This document shows, in pieces, positions 1 through 18,496 of a stretch of 64,000 nt of DNA. The position numbers and the translations under genes were made by a program. The notes beneath the pieces are model-generated. The model was not told where the DNA came from, ran no database searches, and was given only the letters and a program-made list of their open reading frames with translations. Every line of letters begins with the position of its first letter. Within the stretch, counting starts at the first letter, position 1. The DNA comes from the human T2T-CHM13v2.0 reference genome, Homo sapiens. The stretch is from NCBI RefSeq assembly GCF_009914755.1, contig NC_060933.1; one strand, written 5' to 3'.

Positions 1-339
1 ATCCTGTCCAGATCATGCTCTATCCAGTCTCAGTTTTTTTGACAGCACAATGTTCCCCTTATATATATATCATGCACACTATAAAACACAAAAATAGGTG
101 AACAAGATAAATCAAATTTCTAATATATTTTCCCCCAAATCGTAAAGGATGATTTCTGCATACCCCTTGAAGTGTTTACATCTATCCTGGAAACCACTAT
201 TCCAACTGAGCTAAGCATAAGCAGTTCAGAAAAGTTCAGCAGCAGATGCCAAAGAACTCTCAATGGTTATAATAAATAAGTTTTGATAACTATTGATAAA
301 GAATCCGTTCATATTCACAAGGACAATCATATGTGAGAT

Positions 340-980
340 ATTCATCCATTCATTCATTCAATAAATATTTGTTGAGTGTTGCTACAGGTAATGGAAATGC
401 AGAATTAGTAAGACAAAGGACCCTGTTCTTATGGGGCTTCATGGTGGTGGGAAGATAAACTACATGTAAATAAAAAAATTAAATATACTTTCAAGCGGCA
501 GTGTGCTGTGAAGAAAAAAATCAGGGTAAGAGACCAAAGAAACATACACTGATAGGGACACAGGAGGGAAGGTTGGCAGGAAGGTCTCTTTAAAGGACTG
601 ACATTCCAGAGGAGACTCTAGTGAAATGAGGGAGGAAGCCCTGCAAAAGTGTGAAAAAAAAGAACCTCACAGGCAGAGAAAAACCCCATGCAAAGGGCTG
701 AGGTAGGTACCAGCTTAGCAAAGTTCTATGGCCTGTGGAAAATCAGCAAGGCTGGATTAGAGGGAGCAGTGGCAGGAAACGGCGTCAGAGTTGGGCTGGG
801 TCACAAACATTACATATCCTTTTCAGTGATGGTAAGGAGTTGGGATTTCACTGCAGGTATGATAAGAAGTCACTGGAAGGTTGTGAGATAAGAAGTGATC
901 AACCTGTGGATAGTCTTCTAGGAGTAGTGGGAGGAGAGAGGCAAGCATAGAAGTACTAGGCCACTTAGAAGATACAATAG
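340..980 (-). mobile_element. L2 LINE 3' fragment
   Basis: CATTCATTCATTCAATAAATATTTGTTGAG is the reverse complement of the L2 3' tail, followed by typical degenerate L2 sequence. Confidence 0.7.
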
Positions 981-986
981 TATTCT

Positions 987-1279
987 GGGCAGGATACAGT
1001 GGCTCACGCCTGTAATCCCAGCACTTTGGGAGGCCCAGGCAGGCGGATCACTTAAGGTCAGGAGTTCATGACCAGCCTGGCCAGCATGGCAAAACTCCAT
1101 CTCTACAAAAAACTAGCTGGCCGTGGTGGCATGCAGCTGTAGGCCCAGTTAGTCAGGAGGCTAAGGTGGAGGATCACCTGAGCCCAGGGAGGTCGAGGCT
1201 GCAGTGAGCCATGATCATGCCACTGCACTCCAGCCTGAGTGATGAGAGTGAGACCTTGTCTCAAAAAAAAAAAAAAAAA
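987..1279 (+). mobile_element. Alu (J/S)
   Basis: Dimeric Alu consensus with poly(A) tail. Confidence 0.93.
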
Positions 1280-1440
1280 GCATAATGACACTCATTTTAA
1301 CTAGTTCTTTGATTTTCAACGTAACTTTCTAATTACATTTTAATCCATGTTCTACAATTCCTGTGCAATTTCTCCATTCTCTCCAACACCTCCCCTCACT
1401 TTATTTTCATTTCAGACACATTTTCAAATTTAAAATTTGC

Positions 1441-1854
<414 letters not shown>

Positions 1855-2989
1855 TCATAGACATGGGACTTCTAAAGTCAGACTGGAGCCTAAGGACACC
1901 AGGCCGGCAGGCTGCTCCCTGGACCACCAACTTCTGTCCTGCTGCCTAACATCAAGTGGATGTTTGTTCAGTGTCTTTCCTTTCTACTTTCTCTTCCCAT
2001 AGCAGATTATTCTTGATGTTCAAGTGTTTTAAAAGGAAGGAAAGATTGAAAGGTAAAAAAATGACACTAATTGGGAAGCTGCTAGAATTAACCAATGTGA
2101 AATTAAAGGTACAGCTTTAACTTTCTGGTCCATAAAATAATACCACAAATAGATGGTGGGCATCACACAATGTACAGAATTATTAAGAATCTTTAAAACC
2201 TAATCTTAACCCTTATTTTAGGATGGAAAAGAGACACAGAAAACAGATACAGAGATTAAATACACATACTCCCTCTTGATTTCTAGAGCAGTTTATTCCA
2301 CCTGTATATAAAGTCAATTTCAGATCAAGATATTTCTCTATAAGGCATTTAACAAAAGAAACTTTCTCTACCAGGTATTTAATAACTAGTTTCTAAGTCT
2401 TTTTTTTCTTGCAATATATATCTTTTTTTCCACCATTTCCACTTATCCGTATACAAAACATGTTATGTGTAAGGCAGTAGCATGAGGTATCCCCCAAGAA
2501 AATTTGAAACGAGTGAAATGAGACTGCCATCTGCATTAGATCCATAAAAAACCAAAGAGAGGCAAAGTCACCTTAACAACTAGCTCCCAGGACAGTTGCC
2601 TAATATCTGCTTGAGAATATTAACGTATCTAAAGAAAGAGAAATTTGTCTATCACAAGGGCAATGGTAGCAGAAAAAAAGCAAGAGGGGTAAACACCGTC
2701 AATACTCTTACAAGCACAGCCCAGGAAAGGAGTCCAAAGTGTGCACCGTGAACATCACAGGTCACTGGAAAGAATTTCTCTATAGGAGGAGAAGACCCTC
2801 AGGCCCCCATCCCACCCTTAATATTCTCTGCTGAAATTCCAACCCCATAAAGAGATGAACAACATTTGGATTATAATCTGACTCCCCATTTAAATTTGCC
2901 TGCCAAGGAGAAGACGTACTAATCATTTCAATATGAGTACATGAGTATTCCACCTCATATGGTATACAGATACATACATGTTCACATGG

Positions 2990-3009
2990 CGTGTGTGTGT
3001 GTGTGTGTG
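2990..3009. repeat. (TG)n microsatellite
   Basis: Seen directly. Confidence 0.9.
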
Positions 3010-3379
3010 ATCTCCACTCCTCAGCTGGTGAACAAACTGAATGCATCCATGAAAAGGTGATCTTTCTCAATGGTATGTTAACAAAATTAGGTTCCTAAGG
3101 CTTCATATGCCAGAGGAAGACCATGGACTATGGTTAATTCTTTTAAGATAATGAATATCCCTTTACCAGTGAATTTTGTGCTCTCTCTTAGGATGACAGC
3201 TTCTACTTCATCTGTAATACCTATGGCACCTAATAGAGTATCACATACATCATAGAAATTCAAACGCTTGTTAAATTGTTGTATTCTAAAATAAAAAAAG
3301 GTTGTTATACTTTGGCAAATGAAGGCAATTAGAAGTCCCATGCCTACGCCAAATGTACAGCTTGAACATCAAAATCTAA

Positions 3380-3702
<323 letters not shown>

Positions 3703-4112
3703 CACATCTTTTTTATTTTTACCAAATCAGTACACAATTGTCTAATGTTGTTTCATGGAAATCTGCAGCAAGTTATTCTATATATAGTAAGTAAACATTT
3801 ACTTGCTGGCTGCTAGCAGATTTATTACCTTAGCATATCCGTACTTCAGGAATGCAATTTGACAGTCATACTAGTAAAACAGTAAGTAAGACACTCAACA
3901 TTCATCCATGCCATCCATAAATATATGTTAAAAACCACAAAAAACAATGTATCAAGTATTATCTATTGCAAAATGAAAGTACATTAATGGTAAACCCTGC
4001 CCTTCCCCTCCAAAAAAATTTCAGTCAACTATACTATTCTACCTTCTATTCTGCCTTCTACCCTCCCCCATAAGGAAGCAGCAAACTACCAGTTTCTCAT
4101 CCATATTTCTTC

Positions 4113-4119
4113 ACACACA

Positions 4120-4154
<35 letters not shown>
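4113..4154. repeat. compound (CA)/(CT)/(CA) microsatellite
   Basis: Seen directly. Confidence 0.9.
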
Positions 4155-4155
<1 letters not shown>

Positions 4156-4294
4156 AATTCCAGCATATCTAATTATCACTGTCCTTTGTACACAAATATG
4201 TCATGTCAGCGACTGGTTGCTGTTTACAGACAAAAGGGAAGCTTCAAAGACCAATGCACAGATATAAATAAATTCTTGAAGCGAAAATATTTCT

Positions 4295-4425
4295 TATTTA
4301 TTTTTTTAGAGACAGGATCTCACTATCTTGCCCAGGCTGGACTTGTACTTCTAGACTCAAAATGATTCTCCTGCCTCAGCCTCCCAAATAGTTGGGACTA
4401 CAGGCATGCACCACTGCACCCAGCC
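4295..4425 (-). mobile_element. Alu monomer (FLAM-like)
   Basis: Single-arm antisense Alu sequence. Confidence 0.8.
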
Positions 4426-5047
4426 CTTCGTGTAAATATATTTCTTACAAGGGACATTTACTGGGTGAAAAATATGGCTCCAGACCTGGTAGAATTTCTG
4501 GGTTTAAAAAAATTTTTGTTTTTTAGTATCCTTTAGCGTTAATGCACATTAAGGCAAATTAATGTTTTAGTCTATCAAAAGCCAATTCAGCCAAGTATGT
4601 TTTCTTTTAAATCACCATTTTGAATCAGAGAAAGATCTGAACTATCACATTGTACTTCCAGAAGCCTACCTGTTAGCATTCGTGTTGATAGAATGAACTT
4701 CTCCAATCCTAGATGGTGAAATGTGTATTACAGGGAAATTAGATACCACAGGGCAGAGAATTGAGTGGCCTTTCTTTGAGCAAATGTATTGTTTCAGTTA
4801 CTTACATTCTTTATGACCTCCAACCACATAAGATGCCAAATAATAGCATATATGATTTTGTCAGTCCATACATATAAAACATACATCTAAACACATGTCA
4901 AAATACATCATAAAAAATAGAAAAGTAACATTAATGTTTTATTCAGTATGAATAAAATGTGTCAATTGGGATAAATGTATATGTAACCAAAATTTACGTC
5001 TGGTAAACATAAAATTTTTACTGTAACAATTTTTAGAAGTGATTTCA

Positions 5048-5402
<355 letters not shown>

Positions 5403-6413
5403 CTAGGGAAAAAAAAAATTATCCTTAAAATACATCATATCATTTTAAATTGGATAATTACTCTTTATGTACGTAAACACTTATGATGAAAAAATGCACA
5501 CTCGCTTTGTATAAATTTGAACAGTTACATATCTAATTAATAGTTGATGCTGACTAAATAATGAAACTTTTGTCTAAAATAACTGGCAAAAGGCCAGAAA
5601 CAGACAATGCAGTGAAGAATGGTCCATCAGAATACTAGAAAAGCAATTACTTAGATGAAAATAAATATCAGCCTTTATTAGCATGAATAAAGAGAAAATT
5701 AGAACTGTAAGGGAATGAATATTTCTTTTAATTCAACAATGAAGCAATATAGCTGCCTCTAAATTAAGTTACCTTTCATTTGCTCTCAAGTTTCTCTAAT
5801 TCAACGATGAGGTATTTTAATTACAAAATTTGCCAGGTAAACTGTAAAGCAAGCTCATGTTTCCAAATATGCTATACCAGATTTGAACATGGTTATTTAT
5901 ATAAAACTTCACTGGACCAGTTATTTTGGGTTTGGAAATCATACAATAATTTTTAGTTTTATCTCTGTTGGTGTTTTTCTAGTCATGACGGGATGTCTAG
6001 GAAGACAAATTTTCTCAATAATGGTTTTCTTCCCCCTTTCCTTTTGAGGTATTTATAAAACCAAAAACAATTATTTCTGGGTACTTAATTCCACCCTTCA
6101 GGGCATGAAGTGTGTCTCTTATCATACGGAACACCTAGAATGCTTTTAAACTCAATGATAATTAAGAAACATCAAAGTAAAACCAGGGTGTTTCACAGGG
6201 AACCAGGAGCTATCATTTTTTGGCTACCAAATGACATATTTCTTGTCCCCTGGAGTACTACCAAGACTTTTTTACCTAAACAATAGAATGTACTTTTTTA
6301 ATGTAGCCTTTACTCTTCTGAGGATCAGACATATCTGAGCTTTAAAAGTAAACTGCTAAAGGCAACAAAAGCAAGAATAGACAAATGGAACTGAATCAAA
6401 CTTAGAAACTTCT

Positions 6414-6802
<389 letters not shown>

Positions 6803-7687
6803 TCATATTTCTGATAAGGGGTATAGACATATAGACAACTCTTAAAACTCAACAACAACAAAAAAAGCCTGATTTAAAAATAGGTGAAGGACTTGAATAG
6901 ATATGTCCACAAAGAGGACATATACAAATGCCCAAAAAGCACGTGAAAATATGCTTAACATCAGGAATCAAGGAAAGGCAAATCAAAACCACACTGAGAT
7001 ATCACCTCAACCATTTTTGAATGGTTACCATCAAAAAAAAAAACAGGAAATAATAAGCTGTGAGGTTGTAGAGAAATTGGAACCCTTGTGCACTGTTGGC
7101 AGGAATGTAAACGATGCTGCCCTTATAGAAAACAGTATGGAGGTTCCTCAAAAAATTAAGAACTACTGTATGATCCAGCTATCCCACTTCTACATATATG
7201 TCCAAAGATTGAAAGCAGTATCTTTTACAGCTATTTGCATACTTATATTCACAACAGCATAATTCACAAGAGCCAAGAGGTGGAAAGCAAACTAAATGTC
7301 TATCTACAGATGAATGGATAAAGAAAATGTGGTATATACATATGATGAAATATTATTCAGCCTTAAAAATGAAGACAATTCTGTTGTATGCTACAACATA
7401 AATGAACCTTAAGAACATTAAGTTTCTAGCTAAGTGAAATAAGCCGGAACAAAAAGACAAATATGTACTGCATGATTCCACTTCTATGAGGCATCTAAAG
7501 TAGGCAAACTCTTAGAAATAGAAGCTAGAATAGTGGTTTCCCAGGGCTGGGAGGAAAAGGTAAACGGGAGTTGTTATTCAAAGGTTAAAAAATTTCAGCT
7601 TTGCAGAATGAAAATGTTCTAGAGATCTGCTGTACGTTAAGTTACAGAAAACACTACTGAACTGTACACTTAAAAATGGTTAACATG

Positions 7688-7985
<298 letters not shown>

Positions 7986-8034
7986 TTAACAAGATACATT
8001 TTACGTTGTTTTCTACCACAATCCAAATTGCTTT

Positions 8035-10200
<2,166 letters not shown>

Positions 10201-10756
10201 TAATAATAGCAAACTGCTATGATTATATAGTGTTATATAAAATATGAAATGTACCATTTGGAAAGGCACTTAGAAATTACCAAACTCACTTGACTTACAA
10301 ATGAGAGAACACAGGCTATCAAAAGTAGGTGGAATAGAACAGGGCCTCTATAGATACCCCGTCCCAGCGCTGTTCTGAGTCTCTAACAGGCAACAGTACA
10401 ACTGCCTTCCAAGAAACAGCCAGTCACCTGCGTAGAGATACTGACTGGATAAAGAACAAGTGCAGGATACCTGCAGAGAGTAGCTACTGCCATGTATTCC
10501 TCTCTCTTTAATTACCACACAGCACTAACCTATTTTGTTCTAATTTGGGGGTTTTCATTGCCAGGGGAAGAGTTAAAATTATGGCCTTCATCTTCACAAG
10601 TCCCTCTTTTCTCTTCTACTACTCCCAACACAAACCATAATAAATGGAAATGAAACTGTTAGAAAAAGGAATGTTAAGACACTCATGCTTTTTCTGTGGG
10701 AAGGTCACCAGCCTTAGATGACCACGGCAGATTCATCTATATATAGCTATATATAG

Positions 10757-11055
<299 letters not shown>

Positions 11056-11246
11056 CCCATCTCAATATATTCTACACAGTACTTCCGCCCGCTGGCCAAA
11101 AGGCTGGGGCATAGCCCTAGGATAGGATAGCTGGGCATTTAGCATCCCACCTGGGGGAAAGACTATGAAAAATAACTCTCTCTCCCTAAAACAAGGATAA
11201 CTTAGCCCACACTTTCACAAGACACTAAGAAAAGCTTAATAGAGGT

Positions 11247-11711
<465 letters not shown>

Positions 11712-12249
11712 TCAGGAGACAAAAATATTTTATTTACCCTCAGTAAAAACGGTTCTCCTAGTTTAAAAAAGAAAAAAAGACAAACTTTTGGGTAAAGAGG
11801 GACAAATGTATTATAATGTACCATTTTCTATTCAAGTGTTTTCAGAATTCTTAAAAAGGTAATTCTCTTCATCTCTAAGATTTTAAAATAATATTTTCCA
11901 ATACAAAATTTACAAATACTTATTTTATTTATGATTTGAAAATGACCACATTATCATCCTTTTTCTCCTCTGCATCTAGCCAATTAAGCAAATGTATTTC
12001 TAAAGAACCAGGCTATGCTAGAGGAAAATCAAAGGAGGAAAAGAGCAAAGGAAAATTAATAGGCTACATTATTTTTACATAGATTTTAAAACATATATAT
12101 GACATCTATGAAATATCTTTTAATTATTCTCTAGATATGGAAAAAGATAAACTGCTAATAGATCCATTCATATATATGATTTAGTCAGTACTAAAAATAG
12201 TTATGTTAGTCACCAGAAATACTGCTTTTGTCCTCTGAAAGATTTGAAA

Positions 12250-13150
12250 AAAGAAAATAAGACTTTCCATTGCTGTCAAATGTATTCAATTTTCCCCTCA
12301 AATGAAGTTTGGATGAAAACAATGTGACTGACAAGCCCCGCACAGGCAAATCTTGGCAACCCTCAATTCTGTCTATCTCCTTGGCCTGTTAAGCAAAATT
12401 CCTTCACAAACTGTTGGTCTTTGCAATAACTCCTACAAAGCTCATTACTGCCAGCGTCGGCCTATCCCCCATGTTGTGCATTTATCCCTGGGATGCATAT
12501 CAACATGTGGCACATGTCCTTGACATGCACAGAAGAGCTGCACCCCAGGACAGCAGCATGCACGACAATAGTCTCGACGCTTACTTCTTTACGGTTGCTG
12601 GGATGTAACCGAGAAATCTAATAACTGTGACAGTGGGGCCTTTCGGTTTTTCCTTGCCTTTCCAGACAGTGAAGCTGCACAGACACTAATGAAAGGTTAA
12701 ATGAATAGGAATAGTTGACAAGAGGTACAATAAAGAAGGAGCTTGGTAATCCACAGACACTGAGCAGAGATCCTTGGCTCAAGCAGAGAAAGGACAGCAC
12801 ATCGTCGAGTCACAATATTTAAAACAGCTTGCTATACACAGAGGCTTTTGTGTCTGGGTACACGTCTGGCTTTGGACTGAAAAAAAAAAAAAAAAGACAC
12901 TGAAAAGGAATTTCAGCATGGGGCACTTTGGCAAATGTAAGGTCATTATAAGAGAAAAATGTTTTGTGTAGGTTGTTACATCTTTGTAATAAACACAAAA
13001 AAGCAGGGACTATGAACTCATGAACCACAAGTTCCAAGACAATACTGTACATTTTGACAACTATTAAATACTGTATCTAGAAGGCTGGCTTGATGCTATT
13101 CCCACTGGTAAGATACATACACAGTGAGTCATTTAGGAGTTTCACATTCT
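12250..13150. promoter_or_regulatory. Candidate intron-1 enhancer
   Basis: Unique sequence with locally retained CpGs, E-boxes (CATGTG/CACATG near 12504-12516) and an AP-1 site TGAGTCA at 13125-13131. Function is inferred. Confidence 0.4.
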
Positions 13151-16100
13151 GCCTTCCTTATGGAAGAATTCCTGATACTCATCTTATTAGAGTTTTATAG
13201 TCAAGTTCTAGTCTTTAGTGAACGTAATTTGTTACAAATACAACCAAAACTCTCAAAGCCACCTTCTACTCATTGAAAAACTTCACAGCAGTTACTAGCA
13301 ATTTGTGAAGTACCAGGCAAACTTTTTGTAATTGTAAGTGATTGCAACTGTGAAATGGCCTCAGCTAGAATTCTTAATTATCGAACCTATTATTTTTTGG
13401 TGCCCTTCTCACTATACCTCAAGGGAAGGTTGTATTCCTTAGGAAGTTTATTTTAAATTATAACAGCAAAACAATTTAAATCACCAAGAGAAAAATACTC
13501 TAGAATGTCAAAGAGAAAATAGAGCAAAAAGAACAAAACTGATATTGTTATGTACGGATATTTTTAAAGGAAAAAAGTTATGACGATAGCAAAAACTTAA
13601 AGAATGATATATCTGTAATATCATTCTTACGCATATTGAGTTAGAATATAGGTTCTTACGCATTGAGTTAGAATATGGGTTCGTAACAAATGGTAAAAGC
13701 ATACTGAGAATATATTTCAAAACAAGGGAGGCTCTTTGAACAGCCAAATTAAATTATAGCTGAACTCTTGAGTGTACTGAGGGTTCTAATAAGCAACAAA
13801 TAAAGACTTTTATTGGCTAGCAACATAATGAGAGCTACTGTGCAAAAGATTTTAAGAAGGACAAATCTGGGTAGTTTATCTCACTGGATTATATTATTTA
13901 CTTAAATGATAAATATGTTTGTCTAAAGTAATGCTCCTAAAAACTAGTATATAAATATTAAAGTGCAATTATGATCAATGACTCTTTAACATAACTGTAT
14001 CACAAATGTTAATGGAAAGTGGTAAATATGAAATTAAATGACAATTATTGAATGTAATATCATTTAAATCCTATTTCTTTAACTTATTTTTTGATCCATA
14101 ATAAGTCAGGTTTATAAATAGTTTAACATTTATGCTTATAACAGGAAGCATTTATTTTAAAGAAAATTTCTCTCTGGAATACAGAAGTTGTATGTAGAAC
14201 TACTCCAAAACCATCATTTACAGAAAAGGGGTTGTCCTTCATAAACTAAAAGAAGTTAACCCACTTCTCGGTGATTTCGTAGGAAGCTACTTTTAATAGA
14301 ACTCTGAAGACTGGCCTCCTAAAACGAGAGTAACTCCCTCAGTTGACAAAAACTACAAACAGTAGTTAGTCAAACCAAAACATTTAAAATATAGTATCTG
14401 GTTGCATTTTGCCTGATCTTCAAATCACCTGAAAGGCAAAAGCCTAGAAAGCTTAGCTGACGCCTTGACTGTTCTTGTAGAAAGTTCTTTTGCTTCTGTC
14501 ACTTTTAAAAAAAAAAAAAAAAAAAAAACCATAATAGCACCTCCCAGCCTCAACACTGAGCCAGTATTCATTACCTACTCTTTTTGTGCAACATTCTGAT
14601 GGCCAGAGTGTTTTTTAAACCTTAAGTATATCTAATAAAATCATGAGGCTCCCTCTAGCTCTTCAGAGGGGAGTTTACTAACCAATGATACTATATAATT
14701 CCCATCCAACAGGAAAGATTTGAGGAGGCTACCTCCCCTTCCACAAGAAATGTTTTCCACTCTGTTTCTTGTAAGGATGTAGATGGTAAATGAGACCATC
14801 TGCTGAGTAAATCAGAAAGCGTTGCTCCTTATATATTTATCAAGTTAAGAATCTATAAACTGCTTCCAACCTAAGCTTTATGTACAGAATTCTATAGTGA
14901 AACTTTAATCAGATTAAACCATACGACATAAATTTACCCATCCTGTCTAAAATTAATTTTAATGTCAAAAAACAACAACATGTATGAACATCCACAGAAA
15001 TTCAAACTTGTGGTCTGGTCTCAGTTTTAAAAATCTACATTTAAATGCAGAATCTCAAAAATTCAGGAAAAAAACACTTCATGAACTGTATCTGTGGGGT
15101 TTATATAAAACAAAGATGCTAATAGTATAGAAAACATTTTCATGTACCATAGTATTTATACACAATACTAGTATAATGACTTTTTTATTGTTTAATCTTA
15201 CCTGCAATTTAGTATTGGATATTTGGGGATCGTAGGTTGTTTAGAAGACTATAAATAATACAGTTGAAGTATGCCATCTTACAATAACCATAAAAGCCAC
15301 ATTGTCAACTGGCAAATCATCTCAAACAAGTGAATGTGAACAGTACTAAATTGAACTCCTCATATTCACTAAGGCCATCTTTCAAATACTTAAGGAATAT
15401 TTAAAACCGTGCTGAACCCTTAACTGTAAAATTAAAAGTAAAGGAAACCACTAACTTCAAGTCATCATCTATTTTGGACTCCCTTAATATAAGAAATATT
15501 CCCAGGAACAACAACAAAAAGAATAGCTCCCTCTACCCCCCCACCCCCACCCCTTTTTGAGCCAGTGTCCAATTTCTTCTTTTCTGAACAGCTGTATTAT
15601 CCAACTTAAGTTGCTCTGCTAATTTCAGTCCCACAAGGACTAACTTGGAAGGCAAAAAAATACAAGAAAAGATCAATTTGCTGGGAAAGATCAAATGAGA
15701 AAACTGTGGGGACAGCACCAGGTCAGCGTGTGGAGAACTAAGCAGACCTGTTCTTCATTAACTGCGGCTCTCTGGGGATGTCACACACTACCTGTCCGTG
15801 GGCTTTATTGAACCGCCTAACCCGCCTCTCTGTTCCATTCTTCTGGGCCCAAGTGAATCATATCCTGCTGCTGACAAGTTAGCAGGGGACTGCGGCTGCA
15901 ACATGAAAGTACTTTTCTTTCTTGTCTAAATCAGGCAGATTTTTGAAAAGACGACACAGCATTGACTCGTGACATGGCAAGATGAAACGAGAGGTCTGGG
16001 CCGGTCTTGGAGCTGTGCAGATAAAAGTAATCAAATGACACTCCTGGAATGCAAATTGGCATTCTTGACTGCAGCAATTGCACAACCATGAAACATCCCT

Positions 16101-17261
16101 GACAGCAAGCAAGATTAGGACAAAATGTTATGTAAAGCACTGAACTCAAGAACTCTCACTTGAAAATTCAAACTGTAACACTTACATTTTAATATAGCAA
16201 TAGTCAGCTCTGCTTTTGTCTGCTTCTTTTTGTAATCACATATCTCTATCTGACAGATATCTTACATCTCAAATAGAAGAAAAAATCAGGTAGTAGGAAT
16301 GTACTGCTATTAACATTTTCCTAATATTAATTGTAAAATATAATGCACAGTTTATTCTTATTCAAAGTCTTACATGCAAACACCACCCAACTTAATATTC
16401 TCAAGAGGAAAAAAAGTTTCAGACCTTTCTCAAAAGATACTCAAAACAAAGTTCAGGTTCAAGCTCGTTATTACTTCCCTCAGGTAAAGATACTCCTGTA
16501 CTTTGGTAAAGTGATTAGCAATCTGGACTTTTAATACAGCGCACTCTGGGAACTAAGAACTTCATTAAGACTGAACAGTTTACATGAAACGGCTACAAAT
16601 ATAAAACACAGATACTCTCTAAAGGCTCACAAGGGATTGTGTGTGTGTGTGTGTTTGTCCAAAAAGTAAATGTTCTGTTAACTTGTACAAGGTCTCACTA
16701 CTAGGGTACATCTTCAGATCAGACACACTAAGTAACGTGCCAGAAATAAATTCCTCCCATTTAAAGCATGTATGCGTGTGGACAGTAACACGTGAAATTG
16801 CAGAATACAAAGCAGTGGAAGGCAGACAGGCTTAGCCACAGTTCAAAGTCATTAGGATATAGGAATACATGTGTAGACAAATAGTTAACATAGGCTAGGG
16901 TAAAGGGAAGAAAAATAATACCTGCCACCGGCTTTTACAGTGTTCTTGTGTAAAACGCCCGTTAGAAGAAAAACTCTCAAGCTCTAAACAGATATATTTA
17001 ATATTGTTGTGATGTCTCACTTAAACACGGCTTTCAACAATTCCAAGTGTCCACGAAGTATATAAAAAAATAATAAAACAGGCCACTTTCTGCCACTTTA
17101 ATCCTGGGTACACAGGATTATTTTATGATGTCTTTTGTACGTCAGTTTTACAACAGCTTGACTCTAGGGTAAATGGGAACCATCATAAATCGCACGCTGC
17201 TTTCAAAACCACTTTAATTTCTGTCAGCGTTACTGTAACCACAGTCCTGGGCTCTTGCTTT

Positions 17262-17280
17262 TGTGTGTGTGTGTGTGTGT
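17262..17280. repeat. (TG)n microsatellite (another at ~16638-16653)
   Basis: Seen directly. Confidence 0.85.
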
Positions 17281-18493
17281 ACGCGCCCCTGCATTTGACA
17301 GTCCCATCTCCTACACTCCAGTTGTGACTTTGATCACTGAAACAAGAGATGTCACATTAGGGAGCAGGGAAGAGGAAAAAATGCCAACCCGCTATCTCAC
17401 CTGTATTCTCATATGTTCCCTCTATATACGGAATACACCATGTCAGATCCCCAAGTGGGGGTAACAATAGCGACGCTGGGAGGAAGCAAACTAAAAAGAA
17501 GGGAGTGGTCAAGCCCCATTTCTAACAAATCACTTCCCCGAAAGCGGACAGAGCGGCTCATCACCAGGCGAACTAATTGCACGCTTCCTCGCTGCAAAGA
17601 AGTCGCTTCTCGTAGAGGGGCTGTGCTGGAGTCTCGCTTGGCAAAGCCAGCCCATCTCCTCCACCACTTGCACTTGGAACTTTTTTTCAACCTTAAACTC
17701 ACTTCACAGGAGATTTCACCTAGGGTTTTTCAGCATATATAATTTTTTATTCTGCTCCCTCCCCAGGCCCCAAATCCCACCCTCCAGTCAACGTGCAAGT
17801 AAAACAAATCGGCTCCTATAGAATTGCACTTCGAAAAGAGCCGTCTCTGCAAGGTTGATTTTCCTGCCCTGCGTTCTGCACCTTCTCCGTAAAGCCTGCG
17901 GGAGCATTTCCTCCCATCTCCATTTACCACGGGAAGATTCCGAATGTGAAGACGAGGGGAGAGGAAGAGTCAACGTGCCGGGCCCGGGCGGCTGCGCCCC
18001 AGCGCACCCGGCACCCACGCCCAGCCGCCGGTCCCTCACTCGGCGGCAAGTTGTAAAAGTTCCCGTAGGTCCCAGCCGCCTTCCTCTCTTCCCCGAGCTC
18101 CTGCCAGCGCTCCATTCATCCCCCACTCCCCTCCACCTCGTCCCCCCAGCCCGTCCCCAACGCCCTGGAGCCTCCCCTAGCCAGCCGCTCACCTTCGCGC
18201 GGAAGCCGCGAGCGGGGCCGACCTTGAGAAGCCCCCTCTCACGTGCACCCTCCCACCTAGAGCTCGCCTCGGAAACTTGGGGCCAAGTTTAGGGGAGGCC
18301 ACTGGGAGCGCAGCGGGGATCAGGTCGGACCGGGGTTCTGGTCCCCGGCCCGCCCTCCTCAGCGCCCCTTGCCCCTCACGCCGCGGGCCGGAGGGCGGAC
18401 ACGGCCCCCGGGCGGCCCCGGTGGCGCTCGGGCGCGGGGGTCATTTCTGAGGAAGTCTAGAATAAAAGAGGAAGGAGGGTGGAAACTTCTTAC

Positions 18494-18496
18494 CAT
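18494..18496 (-). CDS. BNC2: BNC2 (basonuclin 2) initiator ATG, the entire coding content of exon 1; the rest of the CDS lies outside the window beyond base 1
   Basis: The minus strand reads ACTTGACAACCAGCATGCCGAG-ATG|GTAAGA, an ATG directly followed by a consensus splice donor within a CpG island. It matches my recollection of the BNC2 mRNA 5' end and its ATG-only first coding exon. Confidence 0.88.

Noticed and set aside
6903-7262. 119-aa ORF resembling the L1 ORF2 C-terminus
   Set aside because: Decayed L1 fragment interrupted by Alus; not a functional gene.
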